Positions 8,250 to 15,996 of a stretch of 64,000 nt of DNA are shown here, in pieces. The number at the start of each line of letters is the position of its first letter. Positions within the stretch are counted from its first letter, which is position 1. The stretch comes from an uncultured Clostridia bacterium (GTDB lineage: Bacteria; Bacillota; Clostridia; Christensenellales; UBA1242). The position numbers and the translations under genes were made by a program. Location: NCBI GenBank assembly GCA_948442695.1, contig CAOJSF010000005.1, positions 4,168 through 68,167 of the forward strand, written 5' to 3'. A model generated the notes under the pieces. That model searched no databases. It saw nothing but the letters and a program-made list of their open reading frames with translations, and was not told where the DNA came from.

Positions 8250-9071
8250 TTGATAACAATAATCTTTGCACCACCTCGAACTGGAAAAACTTGCTTTATG
8301 ACACACTGCCTAGTGCAAACTATGTTTAATAGACAAAGAAACCTGGCAATGCAAAATGAAATATTACAAAAACAACAAAATGGCTTTACTAACATTAAGA
8401 CAATACCTCTTCATTGCGTTTCTGCGAATTATGATATAATTGGCAAACAATTTAGGTATAGTCCTAGATTTAGCCGTAGAATTAACCCTTATAGATTAGG
8501 CTTTTCAAATAGGTTTGTGAAGACACATTTTAACTTGCCTTATGAGTGCATTGGAATTACAGAGGCTCAAAAATATTTAAATAGCCGTTTATCAATGTAT
8601 TTCCCTGACTGGCAAAGTCGTTGGTATGAACAGCACGGACATGACAACTTAGACATATTTTTAGATACACAAAGACCTATGCTTATAGATGTTAATATTA
8701 GAGAACTTGCACAATTTATTGAGATTGTAAAACTTACTATTCACAAAGACAAAAGAGGTAAAATAATAGGCTTAACTTGGAAAATCAGAAATATAGAAAA
8801 CAGCAGTTTTTTTGACCGATATATGCAAAGTGGCAAGAAAGATAAAGAGTGTTATACCGAAGAAGAAGTCACGGCAGATTACAATGTATTTGAGTGCTAT
8901 GATAGTCAAAGTTGTAAGCCCAAATTTTATGACGGACACATGGGCGAAGACTTTGATTATAAAGAGGCAGAGTCAACCGAAGAAACAATGCAAGGTTATA
9001 TAAAATACTTAAAAGAAAATGATGATGAACTGCCTGATAATTTTCATCAAAAAAGGAAAGTTGCACAATGA
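8250..9071 (+). CDS. Zot / pI-like filamentous-phage assembly ATPase
   Basis: N-terminal Walker A at residues 7-13 (APPRTGKT), a Walker B-like GITEAQ, then EQHGHDNLDIFLDTQRPMLIDVNIRELAQFIEIV. These match the Zot-family pattern (DEaq .. HRH.G.Dii.iTQ .. id..iR.l). No C-terminal TM. Confidence 0.75.
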   Translation: MITIIFAPPRTGKTCFMTHCLVQTMFNRQRNLAMQNEILQKQQNGFTNIKTIPLHCVSANYDIIGKQFRYSPRFSRRINPYRLGFSNRFVKTHFNLPYECIGITEAQKYLNSRLSMYFPDWQSRWYEQHGHDNLDIFLDTQRPMLIDVNIRELAQFIEIVKLTIHKDKRGKIIGLTWKIRNIENSSFFDRYMQSGKKDKECYTEEEVTADYNVFECYDSQSCKPKFYDGHMGEDFDYKEAESTEETMQGYIKYLKENDDELPDNFHQKRKVAQ

Positions 9072-9445
9072 AATTTAAAGAGAATGAGTTAATAAACGAA
9101 ACATTAGACAAACATTTTGAAACTTGGTCACACACATTGAATACTGCTGATTTTGTGCCTGCCAAATTTTTGAATAAGATTGACAAACAAATTTACAAAA
9201 AGCTTACAAAAAAATTGAAAGAAGTTGAAATTTATAATCTTTTATATTTGCAAGAAGAAGGTTATAAACTTGGTCTATTTCAGAAATTAAAAATATATTT
9301 CTCAGGATTAAAGCCTTTATATTTGAATGAAAAACAAGAAATAAATTTGTATGAAGAGATTGCTTATTTAAACGAAGAATTAGAAAAATGCAAAAAGTCA
9401 AAACGCAAAAAGAAAACAAATAATTCTTCTGATGAAAACAATTAA
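9068..9445 (+). CDS. hypothetical 125-aa coiled-coil protein with a Lys-rich tail
   Basis: The start overlaps the stop of the ATPase gene (ATGA), indicating translational coupling. Confidence 0.5.
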   Translation: MKFKENELINETLDKHFETWSHTLNTADFVPAKFLNKIDKQIYKKLTKKLKEVEIYNLLYLQEEGYKLGLFQKLKIYFSGLKPLYLNEKQEINLYEEIAYLNEELEKCKKSKRKKKTNNSSDENN

Positions 9446-9513
9446 ATTTGATTATTCCCCTTCAAGATTTATTATTCTTTCTTGATTTTGGGCAGTAGTC
9501 GTAAGTGTGTGGT

Positions 9514-9786
9514 AATGTGTATTACTCAAGAGGAGTTATGCACATTTCCAGCAAACTGTGTGAATGTGGATTACTTGCATGCAAGTTATCCATATTTACA
9601 TAGTTTGTCGTAAGCACACCGATTTTGTTGGTAATGTGGAAAAGTCAAAGACTTCTCCATATTTCCACAAAAAATATAACCTTATGTTAAAACTAGGGTT
9701 TTAAGTAAGACAATTTCACGCAAAGGCGATAGGCTCTGCCTCGCCTTGCGTGAGAGTGTTACTTCTACTCGACAATAGTAACACTC
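9514..9786 (+). other. hairpin array IG3 (candidate replication origin / Rep recognition region)
   Basis: Three related imperfect palindromes share the arms AATGTG..CA(C/T)ATT: 9514-9546, 9563-9596 (34 nt, centred on GCATGC) and 9633-9663. Further hairpins at 9681-9709, 9717-9752 and 9754-9786. Confidence 0.55.
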
Positions 9787-9818
9787 AACGGAATGAAAAT
9801 TTTTAAGGAGATAGTTTT

Positions 9819-10208
9819 ATGAATAATAAACAAACTTTATATAAGTTAAATAGAAAAGCAAATAAAACAATATCTAAATTAGGTCGTAATTATTCTGCTT
9901 TAAATGAATATAACGAAATTGTTAATGATTTAGGTCTTGAACATTTAGCAGTTGATAGAAAATCAAAATTTGGTACTTCAAAATGGAATTTGAGAGATAT
10001 GGTTTCAGAAATTGATTATCAATATTCTACTTATAAAGAAAATGGGCATTTTAATAATGATTGCTTACACTCCTCTGACAGAAATGAAAGATTACAAGCA
10101 ATGCGAGAATGTAAGAGATTAAAAAGATTTATAAGTAAATATTCTGCTGATACTTCAAAATTAAAATGTTATGAAAATCATTGCAGTAGATTTGATAATG
10201 CAAAATAA
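9819..10208 (+). CDS. hypothetical 129-aa protein (Cys/His-containing C-terminal half)
   Basis: AAGGAG RBS; no recognisable domain. Confidence 0.5.
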   Translation: MNNKQTLYKLNRKANKTISKLGRNYSALNEYNEIVNDLGLEHLAVDRKSKFGTSKWNLRDMVSEIDYQYSTYKENGHFNNDCLHSSDRNERLQAMRECKRLKRFISKYSADTSKLKCYENHCSRFDNAK

Positions 10209-10224
10209 GAGAGGTAATTTTTAA

Positions 10225-10923
10225 ATGCAATTTCATTTATTATTTGAACAATCTGGAACATTTAAAAATGTTTTAAAAAATCAAGGTTTTAATGCTTATG
10301 ATTATGATATTTTAAATGATTATTCTCAAACAGATATTCAAATTGATTTATTCCAGGAGATTGAAAAAGAATTTGAGAATTTGATTGATAATAAAAAGAA
10401 CATTACAATCTTTACAAATATGACTTCTGAAAATGATTTTATAATTGCTTTCTTTCCTTGCACACATTTTTGTGATGCTAATCAGTTGCAATATAGATTA
10501 TGGAACGCCGGAAAGAAACTTGATTTTAATAATAAATCAGTTGTTAGATTATTAAAGCGAAATAACGAACGAGCCAGGTATTTTGATTTATATTTAAAAT
10601 TTTGTTTTATTTGTAAAACAAAAAAGATCAGAACAATAATTGAAAATCCGGCTAGTTCCGGAAATAAAAATTATTTAGTTATGTTCTCCCCTATTGATTT
10701 AAGTTATTATGAAAAGGATAGGTCTTTATTTGGAGATAGTTTTAAAAAAGCAACTAATTATTTTTCTATAAATTTTGATATGAAAGAAAATTTTATGATG
10801 TTTGATAGAAATTATAATGTAAAAAATATTGAAAAAGATAGACATTGTACGAAAACTAGGAGTGAGATTTCAACACTATATGCTGAAAATTTTTATAAGA
10901 GATTTTTAGAAAATAGAATTTAG
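10225..10923 (+). CDS. hypothetical 232-aa protein with weak DNA C5-cytosine-methyltransferase-like motifs
   Basis: LFEQSGTF (motif I-like, FxGxG position), AFFPCTHF (motif IV Pro-Cys) and IIENPASS (motif VI ENV-like). Too short for a canonical target-recognition domain. Confidence 0.4.
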   Translation: MQFHLLFEQSGTFKNVLKNQGFNAYDYDILNDYSQTDIQIDLFQEIEKEFENLIDNKKNITIFTNMTSENDFIIAFFPCTHFCDANQLQYRLWNAGKKLDFNNKSVVRLLKRNNERARYFDLYLKFCFICKTKKIRTIIENPASSGNKNYLVMFSPIDLSYYEKDRSLFGDSFKKATNYFSINFDMKENFMMFDRNYNVKNIEKDRHCTKTRSEISTLYAENFYKRFLENRI

Positions 10924-10949
10924 TTTATAAAATTAAAATAGGAGTTTTT

Positions 10950-11960
10950 ATGGAAAATTTAGAAGAACGAAAAACTGCCTATTACTTGTTTCAAAAAGAT
11001 AGAGTATATAGAGATAAAACATTAACCTCAATATACTATAAATCAAACAAACAAGTAGAAAAGAAAAGCCGACCTGTTGATATTGACGGAATAAGATATA
11101 AGTTGAATTTAGAAACTGGTGAGATTGATACATATAAGAAAAGTGAAGTTTTAAATTCAATGAATAGTTCACTTCGGAGAACTAAAATTTTAATGAATAT
11201 GCTCCTTGAAATGAATAACTTTGATTGGTTCTGCACTCTCACCTTTGACCCTCATAAGATAGACAGAACAAACGACGAAGTAGTTTTTAATGCATACAAA
11301 AAATACATAAACAACATTAAAAAGCAGTTCCCCTCTCTTGGTTATATGTGTTTCCCTGAAAGACACGAAGATAATTGTATACATTTTCATTTACTTATAA
11401 ATGGAATATCGCCAAAGCAATTAGGACTTGTAAATTCTGGAAAAGTTTGTTGTTCTTGGGCTTATTACAAAAACAAAATTTCAAGTAAAGAATATTTTGA
11501 AAAAACAAAGCACGAACACGAATTGACTGATACTGACGGATTGCCTGTCTATAATGTAACCACATTCCCCTATGGCTTTACAACGGTCACTAGAATTGCA
11601 AGCAGAGAAAGATGTAACAGTTATGTTAAAAAGTATGTAGAAAAGGCTCTCGGTTCAACAGAAATATTCAAGAAAAGGTTTTATTATTCTTCCAACTTAA
11701 ATGTTCCTGCGATTGTATCTCGGCTTATAGGTGCAGATTTTGACACACCGAAAGATATAACTAAAACAGAGTTATATTATAACAACCCTCTTATTCAAAA
11801 TGCTGATTATCTTAATTACAATAAAGATTACAATGTTTTGCAATACTGGGTTGAAAATGAAATAAAAGAAAATATAAATAAAGGTTTAATTCCTGTCAAT
11901 ATAGATTTAGAAGAATTACCTTTTGAGGAGGTTTATGAGCAACAAAAAATTAAAATTTAA
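10950..11960 (+). CDS. HUH-superfamily rolling-circle replication initiator (two-tyrosine type)
   Basis: Motif 1 FCTLTFDP, motif 2 IHFHLLINGI (HUH) and motif 3 NSYVKKYVEKA (Y-x3-Y), in canonical order and spacing. Confidence 0.8.
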   Translation: MENLEERKTAYYLFQKDRVYRDKTLTSIYYKSNKQVEKKSRPVDIDGIRYKLNLETGEIDTYKKSEVLNSMNSSLRRTKILMNMLLEMNNFDWFCTLTFDPHKIDRTNDEVVFNAYKKYINNIKKQFPSLGYMCFPERHEDNCIHFHLLINGISPKQLGLVNSGKVCCSWAYYKNKISSKEYFEKTKHEHELTDTDGLPVYNVTTFPYGFTTVTRIASRERCNSYVKKYVEKALGSTEIFKKRFYYSSNLNVPAIVSRLIGADFDTPKDITKTELYYNNPLIQNADYLNYNKDYNVLQYWVENEIKENINKGLIPVNIDLEELPFEEVYEQQKIKI

Positions 11961-12543
11961 AAGAAGTTTGCCCATAGGACAAACACTTGAAACAAATGAC
12001 TTATATTTACCTTATAAGAAAAATAAAAAGCCTGCAAGTAAACGCAGACCTGTTATTATAGCAGGTAAACAAATAAGCCCTAAAGGCATTGAGGAATATT
12101 CAGTTATTCCTGGCTCAACGCAAGATACACCTAATACAACAGAATATAAAAAATATGGTATTGAGTATTATAGGCATAATTTGGAAGTTAGAGATAATGA
12201 AGGTAATCCGATATCTCAAAATGAAAAATTTAGAATTTCAAATCAAAGTTCTAAATTGCCAAATAAAGAAGTAGACAAGATAAGAAATCATATATTAAAT
12301 CATACTAAATTTTCAAGTGAAAATAGAGCCAAAGTAAGTGAATTTAATAATAGATATTCCTTAACGGAAGAAACAAAAAAGTTTTTGTCTGAAGAGAAAG
12401 TGCGATTAAAAAAAGTGTCAAGTCAAAATATAAATAAAATGCTTCAATATTGGGTAAATCAACCTAAATCAAAATATAAAAATGCTTTATGTAAAATTTA
12501 TAAAAATGAATTAAATAGTAGAAATAAAAAAAGTAGAGGTTAA
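11935..12543 (+). CDS. basic 202-aa protein; N-terminal region faintly PemK/MazF-like
   Basis: GAGGAGG RBS directly upstream of the ATG at 11935, which lies inside the last 26 nt of the Rep gene. SKRRPVIIAG ..(17 aa).. YSVIPGSTQ resembles the MazF RPxuVuS..uuuxPuTS pattern. Confidence 0.45.
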   Translation: MSNKKLKFKRSLPIGQTLETNDLYLPYKKNKKPASKRRPVIIAGKQISPKGIEEYSVIPGSTQDTPNTTEYKKYGIEYYRHNLEVRDNEGNPISQNEKFRISNQSSKLPNKEVDKIRNHILNHTKFSSENRAKVSEFNNRYSLTEETKKFLSEEKVRLKKVSSQNINKMLQYWVNQPKSKYKNALCKIYKNELNSRNKKSRG

Positions 12544-12558
12544 CCACTCTACTCAATA

Positions 12559-12755
12559 CTGGCATTTGCCAGTCGGTGCATATAGCGAATAATTCCTATA
12601 TGCCTGTCACCAAATTAAATTTGATATATTTATTATATGTTAAATATAATTAAAAGTCAACACTTTTAAATAAAAATTTATGAATAAAAAAAAGAAATTC
12701 AGTACCCGAGCTGTGTTACCACAAGACGCCAACTTAATGACTAATCTGAATTTCT
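12559..12755 (+). other. hairpin block IG4
   Basis: CTGGCA-tt-TGCCAG (12559-12572); GGTGCATATAG..CTATATGC..CACC (12575-12611). A 10-bp stem AGAAATTCAG (12693-12702)/CTGAATTTCT (12746-12755) encloses a GC-rich 43-nt loop. Confidence 0.45.
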
Positions 12756-12803
12756 ATTATTATACTCAAAAAAATTATAATGTCAATATAAAAAGAGGAA
12801 ATT

Positions 12804-13445
12804 ATGGAAAGTTTTAATATCAAAGATATTCCTGTTATGGAAAATGAAGAATTAAATAATATGCTTGAAAAATTACAAGATGTTTTTAAATCTTCTCAAA
12901 CTGATTTTGCAAAAACTTGTTATTATGTCCATCATATTTGGTCATATTGTAAAAATACATATTGGAAAGTTAAAGATAAAAATGATGTTCTTTATAATTC
13001 ATATATGTTACTTGAAAAGTTTGGTTTTGACCGAACAGCCGTTTGTCGGTTAAAAAATTGCTATGAAAGATTTTGCAATGATAGAGATATAAACATTCAA
13101 CTAAAAGACATATTCAAAGACTTTTCCCCTTCTAAACTTTACGAACTTTTACCATTAAAGGAAGAATTAATATATGAATGTGTCAATAAAAATATTATAT
13201 CTGCAAAGATGTCTAAAAAAGAAATAAGACAGATAGTAAAAGATTTAGTAAATGGTGTTCCAGTAGATAAAATATCTAATGCAGTTGTAGAAATTGAAGA
13301 AATAAATGAAAATGAAATTCCTATGGCATATGACCCTAAACAAAAATATGATTTTGAATATTTTAAATCAAAATCAAAAAATCAACTTGTCAATATGATA
13401 TGGGAACTGCAAAAAGAATATCAGAAGAGCAAAAATAAAAAATAA
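12804..13445 (+). CDS. hypothetical 213-aa protein
   Basis: GAGGA RBS; no recognisable motif. Last plus-strand gene before the convergent terminator. Confidence 0.5.
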   Translation: MESFNIKDIPVMENEELNNMLEKLQDVFKSSQTDFAKTCYYVHHIWSYCKNTYWKVKDKNDVLYNSYMLLEKFGFDRTAVCRLKNCYERFCNDRDINIQLKDIFKDFSPSKLYELLPLKEELIYECVNKNIISAKMSKKEIRQIVKDLVNGVPVDKISNAVVEIEEINENEIPMAYDPKQKYDFEYFKSKSKNQLVNMIWELQKEYQKSKNKK

Positions 13446-13456
13446 AACAAAAACAA

Positions 13457-13487
13457 AAAAAACAGGTTGGAAAAATACCTGTTTTTT
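13457..13487. terminator. bidirectional terminator between convergent genes
   Basis: AAAACAGGT-tggaaaaat-ACCTGTTTT with flanking A and T runs. Confidence 0.6.
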
Positions 13488-14409
13488 ATAAACTTTCATT
13501 TATTTCTATTTTTAATTGTTTATACTTGCTTTTTATTAAACTTATAAGCCTCTGTGTATCGTTCTTTACTTCTGAATAATTGATTTCAATTAATGGCAAT
13601 TTATACTTTTCATATAAATTTATTTTTTCTTTTTTATTTTTGTTATATTTTTCGTTTCCTACCATTCCCCATAATTCAACATAAATTCCTTTTCCGAGCG
13701 AAACAGGAATATACCAGTCACAAACAACAGTTCTTTCTATTATTTCATCTACTTTGATATTATAAGCATGAACAATACCTAAATTATATAAAATGTCATC
13801 AACTGTAATTTCCAGTTCGCTTTCTACAAAATGACCATCTTGAGATTTTTTAATCTTTGCTTTTTCTTTATCTTGCTCTTCTTTTATAATATCAATTCTT
13901 GATTTTTCTTTAATATTTGACATCAGTTTATCATTTTTATTTTTTAAATTCGTATCAATACTGCTTAAATCCTTAGTTAATCTTTCTTCAACAGTTCTGT
14001 CATTATGTAATTGTTTAAGCAAATTGTTTATTGCCACCATTGTCAGTTTTTGATAGTAAATTTTATCTTCATCATAAACTCTCATCGCATAATCTTTGGC
14101 ATTGTAATAATAATCTCTCAATTTACTAGGTTTTTGATTTTTATCAAGTTCTTCTTTTCTATCCTCAACATCATAATAACAATCTGTACAGAGACTATAT
14201 CCTTTTGTAGTTTCCTCTCCACAAATAATACAATTTGTTTTAGTTGCGCTTATAATCTTATCAATGCTGGGAAATATATCTAAATCTTCTTCCCATATTC
14301 CTGTTTCAGGATTTTTTACAACCAAACCTTTTGCTTTATCTTCCAAATGTTTTTTACAAAGTGGATATATTCCTGAAGGCAATCCACAAATTTGACAAAC
14401 TTTCCCCAT
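13486..14409 (-). CDS. zinc-ribbon protein with a C-terminal PD-(D/E)xK-like nuclease-type motif pattern
   Basis: Two CxxC..CxxH/C pairs (CQICG..CKKH; CIICG..CTDCY). The C-terminus has VCDWYIP..GIYVELWG..Y.K.KK..PLIEI, which resembles restriction-endonuclease-fold proteins. Start set at the ATG with a GGAGG RBS (14409). Confidence 0.45.
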   Translation of the reverse strand: MGKVCQICGLPSGIYPLCKKHLEDKAKGLVVKNPETGIWEEDLDIFPSIDKIISATKTNCIICGEETTKGYSLCTDCYYDVEDRKEELDKNQKPSKLRDYYYNAKDYAMRVYDEDKIYYQKLTMVAINNLLKQLHNDRTVEERLTKDLSSIDTNLKNKNDKLMSNIKEKSRIDIIKEEQDKEKAKIKKSQDGHFVESELEITVDDILYNLGIVHAYNIKVDEIIERTVVCDWYIPVSLGKGIYVELWGMVGNEKYNKNKKEKINLYEKYKLPLIEINYSEVKNDTQRLISLIKSKYKQLKIEINESL

Positions 14410-14549
14410 ATTTCCTCCATGTAAATAAATATACCACAAATTTCAATATAAATCTCCCTCTTCGACAAAATTAGACAAAATTCGTTGTAGATATCAATTC
14501 AATATATTTTGTATAATTTTTAAGAATAACATTAAAGGAATAAATACAA

Positions 14550-15587
14550 ATGAAACACAAAGGAAATAAAAACTTAACATATACTCAAAGATTACAAATA
14601 GAAGCGCTTTATAATACAAACCATAAAGTTAAAGAAATTGCTGTATTCTTAGATTTACATATATCAACAATCTATTATGAACTTAAAAAAGGTCTTTATG
14701 AACATAAAAATAAACAAAATACATTTTGGTATGGCATTAAGTATAAAAAACAAATAAGATATTCAGCCCAAATCGCACAAAATCGTTATAATCAAATTTG
14801 TTTAAATAAAGGTAGAAATTTAAAAATAAATAAAGATTTTGCATTTGTTCAATATATGGAAAAACGAGTTAATAAAGATAAAATTTCGCCTTGTGCTGTT
14901 TTAGGCGAAATAAAATACAAAAACTTGCCTTTTACAAAAATAAGCAAAACAACACTTTATCGATACATAGATATGGGCATTTTTGCAAATATAAAACTAA
15001 CAAAACGCAAAAAAGTATATAAGAAAGTTTGTATAAAAAGAGCACCAAAAGGCACAAGCATTGAGAAAAGAGCACCAGAGATAAGACAACGCAAAACTTT
15101 TGGACATTGGGAAATGGATTGCGTTTGCGGTAACAATAAAGCAACTTTGCTCGTTTTAAGTGAAAGACTTACACGCAAAGAGATAATATTTCAAATGCAA
15201 GACCAGAAAGCAAATAGTGTTATATACTGCTTGAATATATTAGAGCGAAGATTCGGAACTATGTTTAAAAAAGTTTTTAAAACAATCACGGTTGATAATG
15301 GAAGTGAGTTCGCAGACTTTAAAGGACTTGAAAAGTCTTGTTTTGGCAGAAATGCAAAACGAACACTCGTATATTATTGTCACCCTTATTGCAGTTATGA
15401 ACGAGGCACTAATGAACGACTTAATCGGGAAATCCGTCGACTTATACCTAAAGGCACTTCTATAAATAAATATACAAAAGAAGATATACAAAATGTTGAA
15501 GACTGGGTAAATAATTATCCACGAGAAATATTAGGATATGCAACATCACAAGAATTGTTCAATAAACAAATTCAAGCATTGGCTTGA
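14550..15587 (+). CDS. IS30-family DDE transposase
   Basis: N-terminal HTH-like region, then HWEMDCV (D), ITVDNGSEF (D) and CSYERGTNERLNREIRRLIPKGT (E) .. NNYPREILGYATSQELF. This is the diagnostic IS30 pattern. Confidence 0.9.
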   Translation: MKHKGNKNLTYTQRLQIEALYNTNHKVKEIAVFLDLHISTIYYELKKGLYEHKNKQNTFWYGIKYKKQIRYSAQIAQNRYNQICLNKGRNLKINKDFAFVQYMEKRVNKDKISPCAVLGEIKYKNLPFTKISKTTLYRYIDMGIFANIKLTKRKKVYKKVCIKRAPKGTSIEKRAPEIRQRKTFGHWEMDCVCGNNKATLLVLSERLTRKEIIFQMQDQKANSVIYCLNILERRFGTMFKKVFKTITVDNGSEFADFKGLEKSCFGRNAKRTLVYYCHPYCSYERGTNERLNREIRRLIPKGTSINKYTKEDIQNVEDWVNNYPREILGYATSQELFNKQIQALA

Positions 15588-15668
15588 TAATAATTGTATA
15601 CATCACATTTTAGGTATGAGAACTCACACTCTTTTTTGCGTTTTAAAAAAGAAAAATAGTCTTGATTT

Positions 15669-15707
15669 AAGCCTTTAATCCCCTTCATGAAGAGGATTAA
15701 AGGCTTT
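15669..15707 (+). terminator. long hairpin downstream of the transposase gene
   Basis: AAGCCTTTAATCC-c-CTTCATGAAG-a-GGATTAAAGGCTT, followed by TTTCTC (weak T-run). Confidence 0.45.
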
Positions 15708-15781
15708 TCTCTCTAAAATATACTTAATTTCTTTAAATATTTTAATTTTTTTGAAAAATTCGATAAATTTTCTTGACTTTA

Positions 15782-15798
15782 CATTATTTTAATTAATT
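15782..15798 (+). repeat. right copy of the 17-bp direct repeat CATTATTTTAATTAATT
   Basis: Identical to 1439-1455. Confidence 0.5.
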
Positions 15799-15996
15799 CT
15801 ATATTTAAATTAAAAGATATTTAAAAAGGTATAATAAACTCGCTTAATATTAAATAATTTTTATTCTTATCAAATAGTCGATTTCCTTTTAAGCATAGGT
15901 TCGACAATAACAAAAAAAATTCTTTTAAAAAATCGAAATCCAAATTAATTTTAATTATTTCAACAATAAAAAAATGATTATAATAAATAATCATTT

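Larger units (their letters stand above)
1439..15798 (+). mobile_element. candidate integrated element (~14.3 kb) beside tRNA-Arg, containing a filamentous-phage-like module and an IS30-family transposase gene
   Basis: Flanking 17-bp direct repeats, and almost all genes on one strand with tight spacing. It holds a Zot-like ATPase, a HUH Rep, small TM proteins, hairpin-rich noncoding blocks and a DDE transposase at the right end. Boundaries are inferred. Confidence 0.45.

Noticed and set aside
6930-13445. A Microviridae-type prophage, since two-tyrosine HUH Reps and small basic DNA-binding proteins also occur there.
   Set aside because: There is no ~500-aa jelly-roll major capsid or pilot protein gene. 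The presence of a Zot/pI-type ATPase and single-TM coat-like proteins points to a filamentous phage.
14440-15800. Terminal inverted repeats delimiting a discrete IS30 element.
   Set aside because: Only weak, gapped similarity was seen between 14470-14500 and 15750-15775. This is not convincing by eye, so no IS boundaries are reported.
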